A DNA stretch of 55,048 nucleotides from a bacterium (GTDB lineage: Bacteria; Bacillota_I; Bacilli_A; RF39; UBA660). The DNA is taken from contig JAQXHG010000051.1 of the NCBI GenBank assembly GCA_029007115.1, positions 1-55,048 on the forward strand, given 5' to 3'. The notes under the pieces were generated by a model. The model searched no databases. It worked only from the letters and a program-made list of their open reading frames with translations, and was not told the DNA's origin. The position numbers and the translations under genes were made by a program. Positions 9,760 to 20,204 of the stretch are shown piece by piece (the stretch's first letter is position 1; the number at the start of each line of letters is the position of its first letter).

Positions 9760-10868
9760 CTTTTTATACTCTCAACTTCATCTAATATATTGTCTAATTC
9801 CATCAAATCATCAAGGTTAACTTCCTCTTCATCAAATTCAGATTTTTGGATGCTAGCAAACAACTCTAAAAATTTATCATAATCTTTTCCAATTAATTCT
9901 CTAAATTTATCAGTATAGTTTTCATCATAAGCAGAAGTCATAAACCATACAATTATTGGAAATTTTGCTATTTCTACCATTCTAGATGCATACTTAACAT
10001 CTTCTTGAATATCATCATCCCTAGAAATACTATCTAAAATGCTTGATAGATTATTAGGATTAGTTTTATATGTTATTAATTTAGCAAATAGTTCTGTAAA
10101 AGCTTCTTCTATTGCATTTTGTAAAGTTATTTTATCGTCTAATTCATCATATAGTTTATCAATATCAATAATATTTGGTATTTTATAATTTAAAAGGAAA
10201 TCATCCGGCGTTGATATAAAAGATGCATCTACTTTATCATTAATTATTTTATATTTTTTTATTTGGTTTAATTTTTTAGATAAAGATATAAGAAAAGTTT
10301 TATAATCAATATTTAAAAGTTCACTACAATTAATATTACTATATTCATGATATTCTTTTCTTACCTTATCATATGCAATAACATCACAAACACCTATTTT
10401 TTTAGTAGTAACTTTTATAGGTATAATATTATCAAATTCATCTAGTCCGATAAAATCAGATATTTCAGATAAATAATCATTATATTTAGAAATATCATGA
10501 TTTTTATTTTTTTCATTTAATATCATATCATCAAAAGAATCTATAGAAAATGTATTACCTAGTAACATAGTTCTATTAGCATGCAATATTTCATGAACAA
10601 TAGCCTCTTTAACAGCATCTATTATATCTTGACTAAGTGTTTTATTATTGTACTTTTCACAACACTTATCAATAAGTTTTTTACTTATTTGAATAACATT
10701 TTTTTGAGGGGAATATGAAGCAGACACTTTCTTATATTCTTTTAATTCATATTTTATTTCTTCTAAATGTTTGAAAGCATAAGGATTTAAACCAAAAGAA
10801 TATAAAAAATTATATATATCTTCATAAGCTTCATTTTTTATCATTTCTAAAAATTCATCACTATTCAT
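9756..10868 (-). CDS. Hypothetical zinc metalloprotease-like protein (gluzincin motif)
   Basis: IVHEILH plus distal EEAFTELFA; no signal peptide. Confidence 0.6.
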   Translation of the reverse strand: MNSDEFLEMIKNEAYEDIYNFLYSFGLNPYAFKHLEEIKYELKEYKKVSASYSPQKNVIQISKKLIDKCCEKYNNKTLSQDIIDAVKEAIVHEILHANRTMLLGNTFSIDSFDDMILNEKNKNHDISKYNDYLSEISDFIGLDEFDNIIPIKVTTKKIGVCDVIAYDKVRKEYHEYSNINCSELLNIDYKTFLISLSKKLNQIKKYKIINDKVDASFISTPDDFLLNYKIPNIIDIDKLYDELDDKITLQNAIEEAFTELFAKLITYKTNPNNLSSILDSISRDDDIQEDVKYASRMVEIAKFPIIVWFMTSAYDENYTDKFRELIGKDYDKFLELFASIQKSEFDEEEVNLDDLMELDNILDEVESIKR

Positions 10869-11757
10869 TTAATACCTCATTTTTAAAATCTTTAAATTTC
10901 TTATTTCTAATATTTTCAATTTCATATTTATATGGTGCAAACTCATCTTTACTATTTCTATTAACATAAGGTGTCTCTAATATAAATGGAACATTTTCAA
11001 GTCTTTTATTATAAATTACATTAATTAATGTATCAAATCCAATTGTTCCATATCCAATATTAGCATGTCTATCTTTATGAGCTCCTTTATCATTTAAACT
11101 ATCATTTATATGAAAACATTTTATTTTATCAAGACCAATTTTACTATCAAATTCATCTAAAAATGCATCTATTTCATTTATATCAATACCAGAGTCATTC
11201 ATATGACAAGTATCAAGACACACCCCTATTCTATTTTTATCAATAACACCATCTATTATTAATTTTAATTCATCAATACAACTACCAACTTCATTTCCTT
11301 TACCTGCCATATATTCAATCAAAATAATAACATCGCTACTCTTACTAATTACTTCATTTAGTCCTAAGATAATATTATTAATACCCTCTTGCTTTGTACA
11401 ATTAACTGCACTCCCAGGATGAAGAACAATTTTATTAAAACCTAAACTTTTAACTCTATTTAACTCATCAACAAAAAAATCTATATAAAATTTAACTTTA
11501 CTTTCATCTTGCCTATTAGCTAAATTAATAATATATGGAGCATGAACAATAACATTATCACTAATAATATTATTATCGACCATCAATTTAAATGCTTCAT
11601 AAGTTAAACTATCATTTATTTGGCTTCTTTGTGTACTTTGAGTAGACCCAGTATAAAACATAAATGTATTTGCATTATAACTAAGAGCTTCTTTAACACT
11701 ACCAAGTAACTGTTCTTTATTATTAAAACTAACATGACTCCCAATTATTAAATTCAT
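10861..11757 (-). CDS. nfo: Endonuclease IV
   Basis: IGSHVS, VHAPYIINLAN, VLHPGS, GVCLDTCH, HINDS...HKDRHANIG, ILETP. Confidence 0.96.
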   Translation of the reverse strand: MNLIIGSHVSFNNKEQLLGSVKEALSYNANTFMFYTGSTQSTQRSQINDSLTYEAFKLMVDNNIISDNVIVHAPYIINLANRQDESKVKFYIDFFVDELNRVKSLGFNKIVLHPGSAVNCTKQEGINNIILGLNEVISKSSDVIILIEYMAGKGNEVGSCIDELKLIIDGVIDKNRIGVCLDTCHMNDSGIDINEIDAFLDEFDSKIGLDKIKCFHINDSLNDKGAHKDRHANIGYGTIGFDTLINVIYNKRLENVPFILETPYVNRNSKDEFAPYKYEIENIRNKKFKDFKNEVLNE

Positions 11758-11855
11758 ATATATCACCAAATATATTATATAATAATTATTATATTTTTAA
11801 AAGAATTTAAGGCAAATAAAAAAAGAAGATTTCTCTTCTTTATTTGTAACTATTA

Positions 11856-12338
11856 TTATGCGCCAAAATCAACTTTATAATTGCAAGCAGTATCACCGGC
11901 ATTATCTTTAATAGCACTATCAGCAACATCAGCATATTTAATTGCAGTACCAGTTACATTATAGCAGAATGAACCATCTGAAATTCTAGCACCAATTATA
12001 TTACCTTGATTATCTACTTTAATAAAATAACTTTTAGTAGTTTCAATATTTAATTTATGTACTTTATCTGCATCATATATTGCATTGTTAGTAACAGAAT
12101 CTTTAATTTCTGAAAGATCAACATTTGCAAAAACATATTCTGAATTATATCCACTCAAAGATTCTTGTACATAGTCAGTAGTAACTTGTTTTAAGATACT
12201 TTGAACCTCTGTTTTAAATGTGTTCTTCTTAGATGAATTAAACATACCTAATACATTTGGCATAGCTATAACTACTAAAATTGCTAAAATTGCAATTACT
12301 GCTAATAATTCTACTAAAGTAAATCCTTTCTTTTTCAT
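11856..12338 (-). CDS. Type IV pilin/pseudopilin (class III signal peptide)
   Basis: MKKKG|FTLVELLAVIAILAILVVIAMP with E5; C-terminal Cys pair. Confidence 0.9.
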   Translation of the reverse strand: MKKKGFTLVELLAVIAILAILVVIAMPNVLGMFNSSKKNTFKTEVQSILKQVTTDYVQESLSGYNSEYVFANVDLSEIKDSVTNNAIYDADKVHKLNIETTKSYFIKVDNQGNIIGARISDGSFCYNVTGTAIKYADVADSAIKDNAGDTACNYKVDFGA

Positions 12339-12456
12339 TTTTTTAAACTCACTTTCCTTTCTTTTAGGGGGCTACCCTTTACCTTATGTATCAATTATAA
12401 CATCATAAAATATTATTAGTCAATAAATAAAAAAATAAAATGTAATATTTTACATT

Positions 12457-12681
12457 TTATTCACCACTAGCACTAATAATCTTAGTAATTAAGTCTACAC
12501 TATCGATTATGTTATCTACTTTATCTATTGTTCTTAACTTATATTTTATTTTCATTTCTTTTAAAAAATTATTATATTCATTTTTATCTCTATTTAATAT
12601 TTTGTACCAATTAGAATTTTCTCTTAAAAACTGTAAATATTTTTCATCTTCTAATAATTTTTCTTTAATTGTATAGATCAT
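12457..12681 (-). CDS. ylbE: YlbE-like protein
   Basis: FLRENSNWYKILNR; directly downstream of ylbD as in Bacillus. Confidence 0.7.
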   Translation of the reverse strand: MIYTIKEKLLEDEKYLQFLRENSNWYKILNRDKNEYNNFLKEMKIKYKLRTIDKVDNIIDSVDLITKIISASGE

Positions 12682-13025
12682 TCATCACCATATATATTAT
12701 CTATTTTCTCTTCTTTTACAGGAATATTATCTTTTACTTCACTCTTTCTAGTTAATTCTTCTACTAAACTAACTGCTTTTTGAAGTGATGAGATATTTTC
12801 TTCTAACGAATCTAAATTAATATTTTTAACAGTCTTTAATAATCCATCTATATTAATAGAATCTTTTATATCTTTTTTCATATATTTTTTCCATATATTT
12901 TCATCTTCTCCATATAAATCATATAATTCATAAAATGTTTGCCATGATACATTATTATCTTTAACATAATCAACAAATTCAGGATGATGAGCAACAAATT
13001 TTTTAAAATTATCTAACTTTGACAT
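12678..13025 (-). CDS. ylbD: YlbD-like spore coat protein
   Basis: FKKFVAHHP...SWQTFYELYDLYGEDENIW. Confidence 0.75.
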   Translation of the reverse strand: MSKLDNFKKFVAHHPEFVDYVKDNNVSWQTFYELYDLYGEDENIWKKYMKKDIKDSINIDGLLKTVKNINLDSLEENISSLQKAVSLVEELTRKSEVKDNIPVKEEKIDNIYGDE

Positions 13026-13062
13026 ATTATAATATATTAAAAATGATATGTTTTTATACATA

Positions 13063-13737
13063 TCATTCTATAATTTTAAAATAATTTCCACTATCTAAAT
13101 ATAATATTCCTTTATGATTATCTAGTTTTGTTACGATTGAAACATATTTATTAAACGTTTTCATTTTATTTGTATTTATATATACTAAGTTACCATCATT
13201 CATATAAAATATAAATCTTTTTGAGTCAAAGTCATTCTTAGAATATTCTATTTCACTAACTAAACTAATAATACTATTATCTATTTGAGAAAATTCTTCT
13301 ATAAATTCTTTTTCTACTTCACTTGGAACATAATTTATAAGTAGAGGTACGTTATATTTATTAGTTGTATCTATCTCACTTCCGTCTGATAGTTTATACT
13401 TATTGGTACTTCTAGTTAAATACAATACTTTTTTTTCTTTAATATCTAGTTTTAATATGAAACCAAGTTTTTTTGATATTTTAACATCTTCTATTAATTC
13501 TAATTTTTTTAATTTCTTTTTAATAATTGATTTATTTAATAATATAAATCTAGGATAATCTTCAAGACCAGCAGTTTCTATTATTTGTTCATCTGTATAA
13601 TATTGATTATTTAGAATAACAATATTTTTAGTTTTGATACTAAATAAACAAGACACTATAAAGTAAATTATACATATTATTAGTATAAATGATAAAAATT
13701 TTACAAAATTAAATTTTCTTTTTACCCTTTTTTTCAT
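13063..13737 (-). CDS. divIB: Cell division protein DivIB/FtsQ
   Basis: Basic N-terminus, one TM helix, POTRA-like region, MNDGN and GILYLD motifs; downstream of murG. Confidence 0.8.
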   Translation of the reverse strand: MKKRVKRKFNFVKFLSFILIICIIYFIVSCLFSIKTKNIVILNNQYYTDEQIIETAGLEDYPRFILLNKSIIKKKLKKLELIEDVKISKKLGFILKLDIKEKKVLYLTRSTNKYKLSDGSEIDTTNKYNVPLLINYVPSEVEKEFIEEFSQIDNSIISLVSEIEYSKNDFDSKRFIFYMNDGNLVYINTNKMKTFNKYVSIVTKLDNHKGILYLDSGNYFKIIE

Positions 13738-14815
13738 TATTTTCCTTTAGTATTTTATATATTTCATCCATTATTATTGTACTGGAATTTATATCTTTAA
13801 TTTCTTTTAAGTTCTGTTTTACTTCTTTAAATGTTTTTTCATCAAACATTTCATCAATTGCATCTATTAAAGTTTTTTTATCTAAATCTTTTTCTTCTAT
13901 TAGTAAACTAATATTTTTATTAACTAAATCAAGAGCATTATAGTATTGATGATTATTTGCAACATACGGACTTGGAATTAATATTGACGGTGTTTTAGTT
14001 GCCATTATTTCAGCAATAGTACTAGCACCAGCACGAGAGATAATTAAATCTGCGCTTTTCATAAGACTTGGTAAATTATCAAAAAATGGTACTATTCTAG
14101 TGCTTTTAGGTACAACTAAATTGTTATTTAAATCAACATAACTCTTTTTACCAGTTATAAATAATATTTCTGTATCATCTCTTTCATATGTTCTTAAGAA
14201 ATCTAATAATTTTTCATTTACTGATGTACTACCAAGAGATCCCATAACTATAATTATTAGTTTTTTGTTTTTAGAAAATCCTAAATCAGTTTTGTCATAT
14301 TTTTTGCATTCTACTGCTCTTTGGCTAACTGGATTACCAGTATAAATTACTTTATTACATTTTAGTTTTAAATTACCATCTTTAAATGATGTAAATACAG
14401 CATCCACTTTTTTTGATAAATATATATTAGTTTTTCCTGGTAACATATTTTGTTCATGTAAAAATACTTTAATTCCTCTTTTTTTAGCAGCAAGACAAAC
14501 TGGAAGTGTTACATATCCTCCAAATGCAATTACTGCATCAGGCTTAAACTCATCCATTATTTTTAAACATTTCTTATATGATTTTAGTATACATGCTACA
14601 TTTTTAACATTTCTTATAATATTTGTCTTAGAAAGTCCATAAATCTCTATACCTACATATGGGATGCCCATTCCTGGAATTAAATCATTTTCCATTCTGT
14701 TTTTAGTTCCTATATATAAGTATTCATTTTTCTTATCTTTCTTTATTTCATCTAATACTGATAATGCAGGATATATATGTCCTCCTGTACCACCAGCCGT
14801 TAAAATAAATTTCAT
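13709..14815 (-). CDS. murG: Lipid II GlcNAc transferase MurG
   Basis: GGTGGHIYPA, FGGYV, HEQN, GNP, GSLG, SRAGAST, NHQYYNA. Confidence 0.96.
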   Translation of the reverse strand: MKFILTAGGTGGHIYPALSVLDEIKKDKKNEYLYIGTKNRMENDLIPGMGIPYVGIEIYGLSKTNIIRNVKNVACILKSYKKCLKIMDEFKPDAVIAFGGYVTLPVCLAAKKRGIKVFLHEQNMLPGKTNIYLSKKVDAVFTSFKDGNLKLKCNKVIYTGNPVSQRAVECKKYDKTDLGFSKNKKLIIIVMGSLGSTSVNEKLLDFLRTYERDDTEILFITGKKSYVDLNNNLVVPKSTRIVPFFDNLPSLMKSADLIISRAGASTIAEIMATKTPSILIPSPYVANNHQYYNALDLVNKNISLLIEEKDLDKKTLIDAIDEMFDEKTFKEVKQNLKEIKDINSSTIIMDEIYKILKENNEKKGKKKI

Positions 14816-14850
14816 GTGTTATTCACCTCAATCACTAATATTATATACTA

Positions 14851-15450
14851 TTAATTCTTTTTTTTCATCAATTCTAGTATTTTTTTTCTCAAAAGTTTAT
14901 TAGCATTATCTAGACTCATACCACTAATATCAATTGGTTTTCCTATTCTAGTAGTTAATTTTCCATTTTTACCAGTATATTTTCCACTTATCCCATATGG
15001 AATAATTAATGCGCCTGATTTTTGAGCTAAAGAAACAGCTCCATATTTAAAAGGTAATAAATCAACTTCATTTAAAGTACCAATTGTTTTATTTCTTGTT
15101 CCTTCAGGAAATAACCCTAAGGCTTTACCTTCTTTTAATATTTCTAATGCTTCAGTTTTAGCGTTTACATCATGTATTCTTCTATCTACTTTAATACATC
15201 CTGTAAACTTAAAGAACCATGCACCTCTTTTTTCAAAATATTCTTCTTTAGCCATCATATGTATTACTCTTTTTGTAGCTATCATAACATTAAATTGATC
15301 ATGAGTATGTATATGATTGCCACATAAGATAATTGGTCCTTCTACAGGTATATTTTCACTTCCTATAACAGTAGGCTTAAATCTAATTTTAAAATATAAA
15401 GATATAATCGGTTTTAAAAGCTTATAACCAAATTCACTCTTATACATCAA
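14851..15450 (-). CDS. plsC: 1-acyl-sn-glycerol-3-phosphate acyltransferase, copy 2
   Basis: NHIHTHD (HX4D), MAKEE, FPEGTR, FKYGA. Confidence 0.88.
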   Translation of the reverse strand: MMYKSEFGYKLLKPIISLYFKIRFKPTVIGSENIPVEGPIILCGNHIHTHDQFNVMIATKRVIHMMAKEEYFEKRGAWFFKFTGCIKVDRRIHDVNAKTEALEILKEGKALGLFPEGTRNKTIGTLNEVDLLPFKYGAVSLAQKSGALIIPYGISGKYTGKNGKLTTRIGKPIDISGMSLDNANKLLRKKILELMKKKN

Positions 15451-17174
15451 TCACTTTCTCCCTCATCATTATTTATTAAATCTCTATATGCCACTTTACC
15501 AAGTTTAGTTTTAGGTAACTCTTTTCTATATCCATAAGCATATGGTAAAGAATATGATGCAATATTACGTTCACAATGTTCTTTAATACTCTTTTTAACT
15601 TCACTAGTTAATTCAATATCTTTTTTAAGTACTATATATGCTTTTACAACTTCCTTTTTATAAGGATGTGGTACCCCTACTACAACACAAGTATCAACAT
15701 ATGGATGTTCATTTATTATTTTTTCTATTTGTCCTGGATAAATATTATATCCACTAGAGACTATCATTCTTTTAAGTCTTGACTCAAAATAAACAAAGCC
15801 ATCCTTATCCATATATCCAAGATCCCCTGTATGAAGATATGTATTCCCATCTTTATCCTTCTCAAGTACTAACTTTGTTTCTTTTTCTTCATTTAAATAT
15901 CCTTTCATAACGGTTGGACTATTTACACATATTTCACCAATTTCTCCAAATTTACATTCTAGATTAGTATCAGGATTAATAATTTTAACAATACAATCGC
16001 TAAGAGGTATACCTATACTTTTAAGCCTTGATTCACCTGGAGGCATCATAGTTGCTCCAGCACAACACTCAGTCATACCATATGCTGTTCTAATTTTAAT
16101 ATCACATCCATGATCATGAAAGAATTCATCTAATTGTGTATTTAAGCTTTCACTTAAGAAATCCCCACCACAAAGTACGCATTTAATAAATGATAAATCA
16201 GCATCTATCAATTTCTTACTTTTTGGTAAACTAGAAAGTAATCCAGGAACACAAGCAATAGCATTAGGTTTATATTTAAGAATAGTTTCATCAAATTTCT
16301 TAGGGTTTACAGTTGGTAATATTATTGCTTCATCTGCGCTAATCATAGTTGCATGAAATGTCACTCCAAGACCAAATCCATGAAATATTGGCATAATTGC
16401 AAGTAAACTTACACCTGTACCAAGAACTTGACTCATATGTGCTCCTTGAATTGCAAGGGCATTAAAATTAAGATTTGTAAGTACTATGCCCTTTGGTGTA
16501 CCAGTAGTTCCTCCACTATGAAGTATAGCAGCTATATCAGATCCCACTGAATTATCTTTAATTTTTTGTTTATAAAACTTAGCTCTAGATATAAATCTAT
16601 AGTATGGAATTACATTATTTCCACTAGGTTTTTTACTCTTTCTACCAGTAGTTAACTTATATCCTATTTTAGTAATCGGATCCATTGATTCACAAACTGG
16701 AGCATATACTACTTTTTTAACATTAGTTTCATCTAATATGTTAGATAATTTCTCAAATGCTATATCAGCAACCATTACATAAGTTGAATTAGTCAAATTA
16801 ATGCCATATTTCAATTCTTCTTCACTACTAAGAGGATGAATCATATTAACTATACATCCTATTTTATTAAGCGCGTAAAAACAAGTTATTGCTTCTGGAG
16901 TATTAGGCATTATCATACTAACATAGTCCCCCTTTACTACTCCTAGGTGAGCAAATGCACATGCTGCTTCATCTATTTTTCTTAAATAGCTTTTATAAGT
17001 TACACGAGTTCCGTAAAATGTATATGCTATATTGCTTGGATGCTTAATAGCTGCTCTTCTTATCATTTCATACATTGAAACATCTGGATAATTTAAATGA
17101 GCTTTAATTCCATTTTTATAATATTTAAACCACGGATACTCTTTATTATTTTTCTTTTTTATTATTTTTCTCAT
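15447..17174 (-). CDS. Long-chain fatty acyl-CoA/ACP ligase (AMP-binding family)
   Basis: SGGTTGTPKG, PIFHGFG, YGMTE, HTGDLG, GYNIYP, LPKTKLGKV. Confidence 0.9.
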   Translation of the reverse strand: MRKIIKKKNNKEYPWFKYYKNGIKAHLNYPDVSMYEMIRRAAIKHPSNIAYTFYGTRVTYKSYLRKIDEAACAFAHLGVVKGDYVSMIMPNTPEAITCFYALNKIGCIVNMIHPLSSEEELKYGINLTNSTYVMVADIAFEKLSNILDETNVKKVVYAPVCESMDPITKIGYKLTTGRKSKKPSGNNVIPYYRFISRAKFYKQKIKDNSVGSDIAAILHSGGTTGTPKGIVLTNLNFNALAIQGAHMSQVLGTGVSLLAIMPIFHGFGLGVTFHATMISADEAIILPTVNPKKFDETILKYKPNAIACVPGLLSSLPKSKKLIDADLSFIKCVLCGGDFLSESLNTQLDEFFHDHGCDIKIRTAYGMTECCAGATMMPPGESRLKSIGIPLSDCIVKIINPDTNLECKFGEIGEICVNSPTVMKGYLNEEKETKLVLEKDKDGNTYLHTGDLGYMDKDGFVYFESRLKRMIVSSGYNIYPGQIEKIINEHPYVDTCVVVGVPHPYKKEVVKAYIVLKKDIELTSEVKKSIKEHCERNIASYSLPYAYGYRKELPKTKLGKVAYRDLINNDEGESD

Positions 17175-17745
17175 CTCCTATTTTAATTAGATTTATAACT
17201 TTATTCATAAGAATTTTATTTTCTTCTTCAAGACTTTTCTTTACTTTATATGCATCCCCATAAGTAATTCTGATTTTACCTCTAAATAGTTTATATTCAC
17301 CAGTGATTGAAAAAGGTACTATATATGATTTAGTCTTTTTAGCAAATGATACTGCCCCATATTTAAAAGGCAATATTATATCTTTAGATTTATTTACTGT
17401 TCCTTCAGGAAATATACCAATTATATTCCCATTATTTAATACATTTATTGCTTTATTTTTAGCAATATCATCATGTATACTTCTATCAACACTAATACAC
17501 CCCATACTTCTAAAAAACCAATTTTTAATTTTATTATTAAATAATTCTTTTTTAGCCATCATATGTACTACTCTCTTAGGACCCGCTAACATAAGAAATG
17601 CATCTATATTCCCTTTATGATTTCCTGCAAGTATAACGCTACCCTTTTTAGGTATATTTTCTATCCCATCTATTTTTACATTATATATACACATAAAAAA
17701 TGGTTTAATTATAAATTTTAATGTTTTATACATCATGTACTTCAT
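17146..17745 (-). CDS. plsC: 1-acyl-sn-glycerol-3-phosphate acyltransferase, copy 1
   Basis: NHKGNID (HX4D), MAKKE, FPEGT, FKYGA. Confidence 0.88.
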   Translation of the reverse strand: MKYMMYKTLKFIIKPFFMCIYNVKIDGIENIPKKGSVILAGNHKGNIDAFLMLAGPKRVVHMMAKKELFNNKIKNWFFRSMGCISVDRSIHDDIAKNKAINVLNNGNIIGIFPEGTVNKSKDIILPFKYGAVSFAKKTKSYIVPFSITGEYKLFRGKIRITYGDAYKVKKSLEEENKILMNKVINLIKIGDEKNNKKEK

Positions 17746-17780
17746 ACTACTATTACCTCATTACATAGTATATCATAATT

Positions 17781-18590
17781 TTATTTCTTTTTCATTAAAT
17801 TTATAACAACCACTTCTGCTGGATTAAACATTCTAAATGGAAGCCTTTTACTAAATCCAAGCCCCCTAGATACTATTAATTTCATTTTATCAAGTACATA
17901 CATACCATTATAATATTTTGGGAAAAATGTATAGTCAGGTGAAAAAACACCTCCTAATTTAGGTAATTTAATTATTCCTCCATGAATATGACCACTTAAA
18001 ACTAAATCAAATCCATATTCCTGATAAATAGGCACATCTAATGGATTATGAGCAATTAATACATTAAATTTATTTTTATCTAATGAGCCTAATTTATCAT
18101 TTATATATTTAAAATCAATCTTCTTCTTTTTTGATCTTTTATAAAAATCATAATCTAGATTTAAACCAAATAAATTAATATTAAATGTTAAATTACTCTT
18201 CATGTTATTTAATAGAATAATATTAGATTTACTTATTTTTTCAATATACTTAATTTTATTAGACACTAAAATTTCTTCTTCATGATTACCAAAAGTATAA
18301 TATGTTTTATATTTATCAAATATTTTAAATAAATTTATAAAGTTTTTGCTTTCTTTTGGATAATCATTAATCATATCACCAGACAATATAATTATATCTG
18401 GTTTTTCAATTTCAATTATATCTTCTAATTTATCTTTAATATTTCTATTGTGTAAATCAGACAAAAGCATAATTTTTAAATCTTTATCTATTTTCTCATC
18501 CTCTATATCATAACTATTAACTTCTATTCTTTTATAACTAATAAATATAACTACAATAATCAAAAAAATGAGTATTAATATTCCTATCAT
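17781..18590 (-). CDS. Membrane-anchored metallophosphoesterase (YkuE-like)
   Basis: SDLH, GD, GNHE, AHNP, SGHIHGG, VSRGLG. Confidence 0.9.
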   Translation of the reverse strand: MIGILILIFLIIVVIFISYKRIEVNSYDIEDEKIDKDLKIMLLSDLHNRNIKDKLEDIIEIEKPDIIILSGDMINDYPKESKNFINLFKIFDKYKTYYTFGNHEEEILVSNKIKYIEKISKSNIILLNNMKSNLTFNINLFGLNLDYDFYKRSKKKKIDFKYINDKLGSLDKNKFNVLIAHNPLDVPIYQEYGFDLVLSGHIHGGIIKLPKLGGVFSPDYTFFPKYYNGMYVLDKMKLIVSRGLGFSKRLPFRMFNPAEVVVINLMKKK

Positions 18591-18633
18591 AATTTTCCTT
18601 TCTAAAAAATAAAATAAAAGTTTAAAACTACTT

Positions 18634-19635
18634 TTATTTTATACAAGATAATACTTGTGAATGAATATATTCATTACCATCGCTATTATAGTGAAGCCCA
18701 TCTGGTTTTAAATATTTATCTATCCACTCTTCATGTGATGTTGTATTATAAACATCACAATACGTTAAATTATCAATATTTGACATACAGGATTTAATTA
18801 TATCATTGAACTCTAAAACTTTAGAAGTTTCTCTTTTTTTAGTCTCATCATTAACTGGATTTACAGAAACCAAATATATTCTATTGGTATCTTTAATATC
18901 CTTAATAAAATTAGTGTATGCTGCACAATAACCATATACATCCTCTGTATCATTAACACCATAATTTAATATTATATTATATGATTTATCTTTATTATTA
19001 TTTAATATTTCTTTTGCCGTTTGAATATGTTCAAGAAAATCATTTAATTTTGCGCCATTTTTAGCAACCATTTGTTCATTATCATATAAAACACCACTTA
19101 ATGCGACTGTTCTAGAGTCCCCCATATAAATATTACCACCATAATTTTTTTTAAAATCCACGTTAGCATTAACTATATTTTCAATATTATCTAACTTATC
19201 ATTATATTCTTTTTTTAACTTATCACTTCTAATATTACTAGCAATCTTTCGTGCGCTATTTATCTCATCATAATTTGGATTAGAATCTAATTTATCTATA
19301 TATTCATCTAATTGTTTAATATATAATTTTTCAATAATATTTAAATTAACATTAACACAATCTTTATACTCTGGAAACTTTAAGTTGATTCCGAAAGTAA
19401 TTATTAGAGGAACAAAATAGACTAATAATGATATAACCGAATTGGTTAATATTTTTTTAAATGTATTTTGTACTTCAAAATCCCATAATTTAATAAAATA
19501 CCTAAGAAATTTATATAATGAAATAGTTATAATAATTAATGGTATTGTAATTCTAATAATATCTATAATTAATTTAATAATTCTTATTATTTCTAGTTTA
19601 TTTGGACTTTCACATATTGAAATTAAATTTAACAT
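18634..19635 (-). CDS. SGNH/GDSL hydrolase with an N-terminal two-TM pilin-like segment
   Basis: GDSRT, GVND and DGLHY catalytic blocks; Cys-bracketed hydrophobic hairpin at the N-terminus. Confidence 0.75.
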   Translation of the reverse strand: MLNLISICESPNKLEIIRIIKLIIDIIRITIPLIIITISLYKFLRYFIKLWDFEVQNTFKKILTNSVISLLVYFVPLIITFGINLKFPEYKDCVNVNLNIIEKLYIKQLDEYIDKLDSNPNYDEINSARKIASNIRSDKLKKEYNDKLDNIENIVNANVDFKKNYGGNIYMGDSRTVALSGVLYDNEQMVAKNGAKLNDFLEHIQTAKEILNNNKDKSYNIILNYGVNDTEDVYGYCAAYTNFIKDIKDTNRIYLVSVNPVNDETKKRETSKVLEFNDIIKSCMSNIDNLTYCDVYNTTSHEEWIDKYLKPDGLHYNSDGNEYIHSQVLSCIK

Positions 19636-19734
19636 CTTATCACTTCCACTTAAAGTATTTTATCACAAATTAATAATTATTTAAACATTAAAAAAATAGT
19701 TTACATAAATAAAAAAAGACTTTATTTATAAAGC

Positions 19735-20184
19735 CTAATTTAATTTTTCTCTTACAATATTATTTACAAGTTTCATATCAGCTTTTCCCTTAAATATAGG
19801 ACCTAGTTCCTTCATTATATTTCCCATATCCTTCATAGAAGTAGGTTTTAATTTATCAAATACTTTATCAATTTCACTTCTAATTTCATCTTCAGATAAT
19901 TGTTCTGGTAAATATTTACTTAAAAGTTCAATTTCTCTATTTAAATTATCTATTAAATCTTGTCTATTACCTTTTTTAAATTCTTCTATACTTTCTTTAT
20001 GAGTTTTAACTTGTTTACTAACAACATCTATAACGATTTCATCACTTGCATTATTTCTTTCTAATTTATTATTAACAAGATATAAATCAATCGCAGACTT
20101 TAATAATCTTAAAGTACTAAGAGTTTCTTTATCTTTACTCTTCATTGCATTAACCATATCTTTAGAAATAGTTTCATATAACAT
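19735..20184 (-). CDS. yqeY: GatB/YqeY domain protein
   Basis: AMKSKDK...LRLLKS...YLPEQLS...MKDMG; follows rpsU. Confidence 0.92.
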   Translation of the reverse strand: MLYETISKDMVNAMKSKDKETLSTLRLLKSAIDLYLVNNKLERNNASDEIVIDVVSKQVKTHKESIEEFKKGNRQDLIDNLNREIELLSKYLPEQLSEDEIRSEIDKVFDKLKPTSMKDMGNIMKELGPIFKGKADMKLVNNIVREKLN

Positions 20185-20204
20185 AAGAAATCACTTCCTT
20201 TTTA

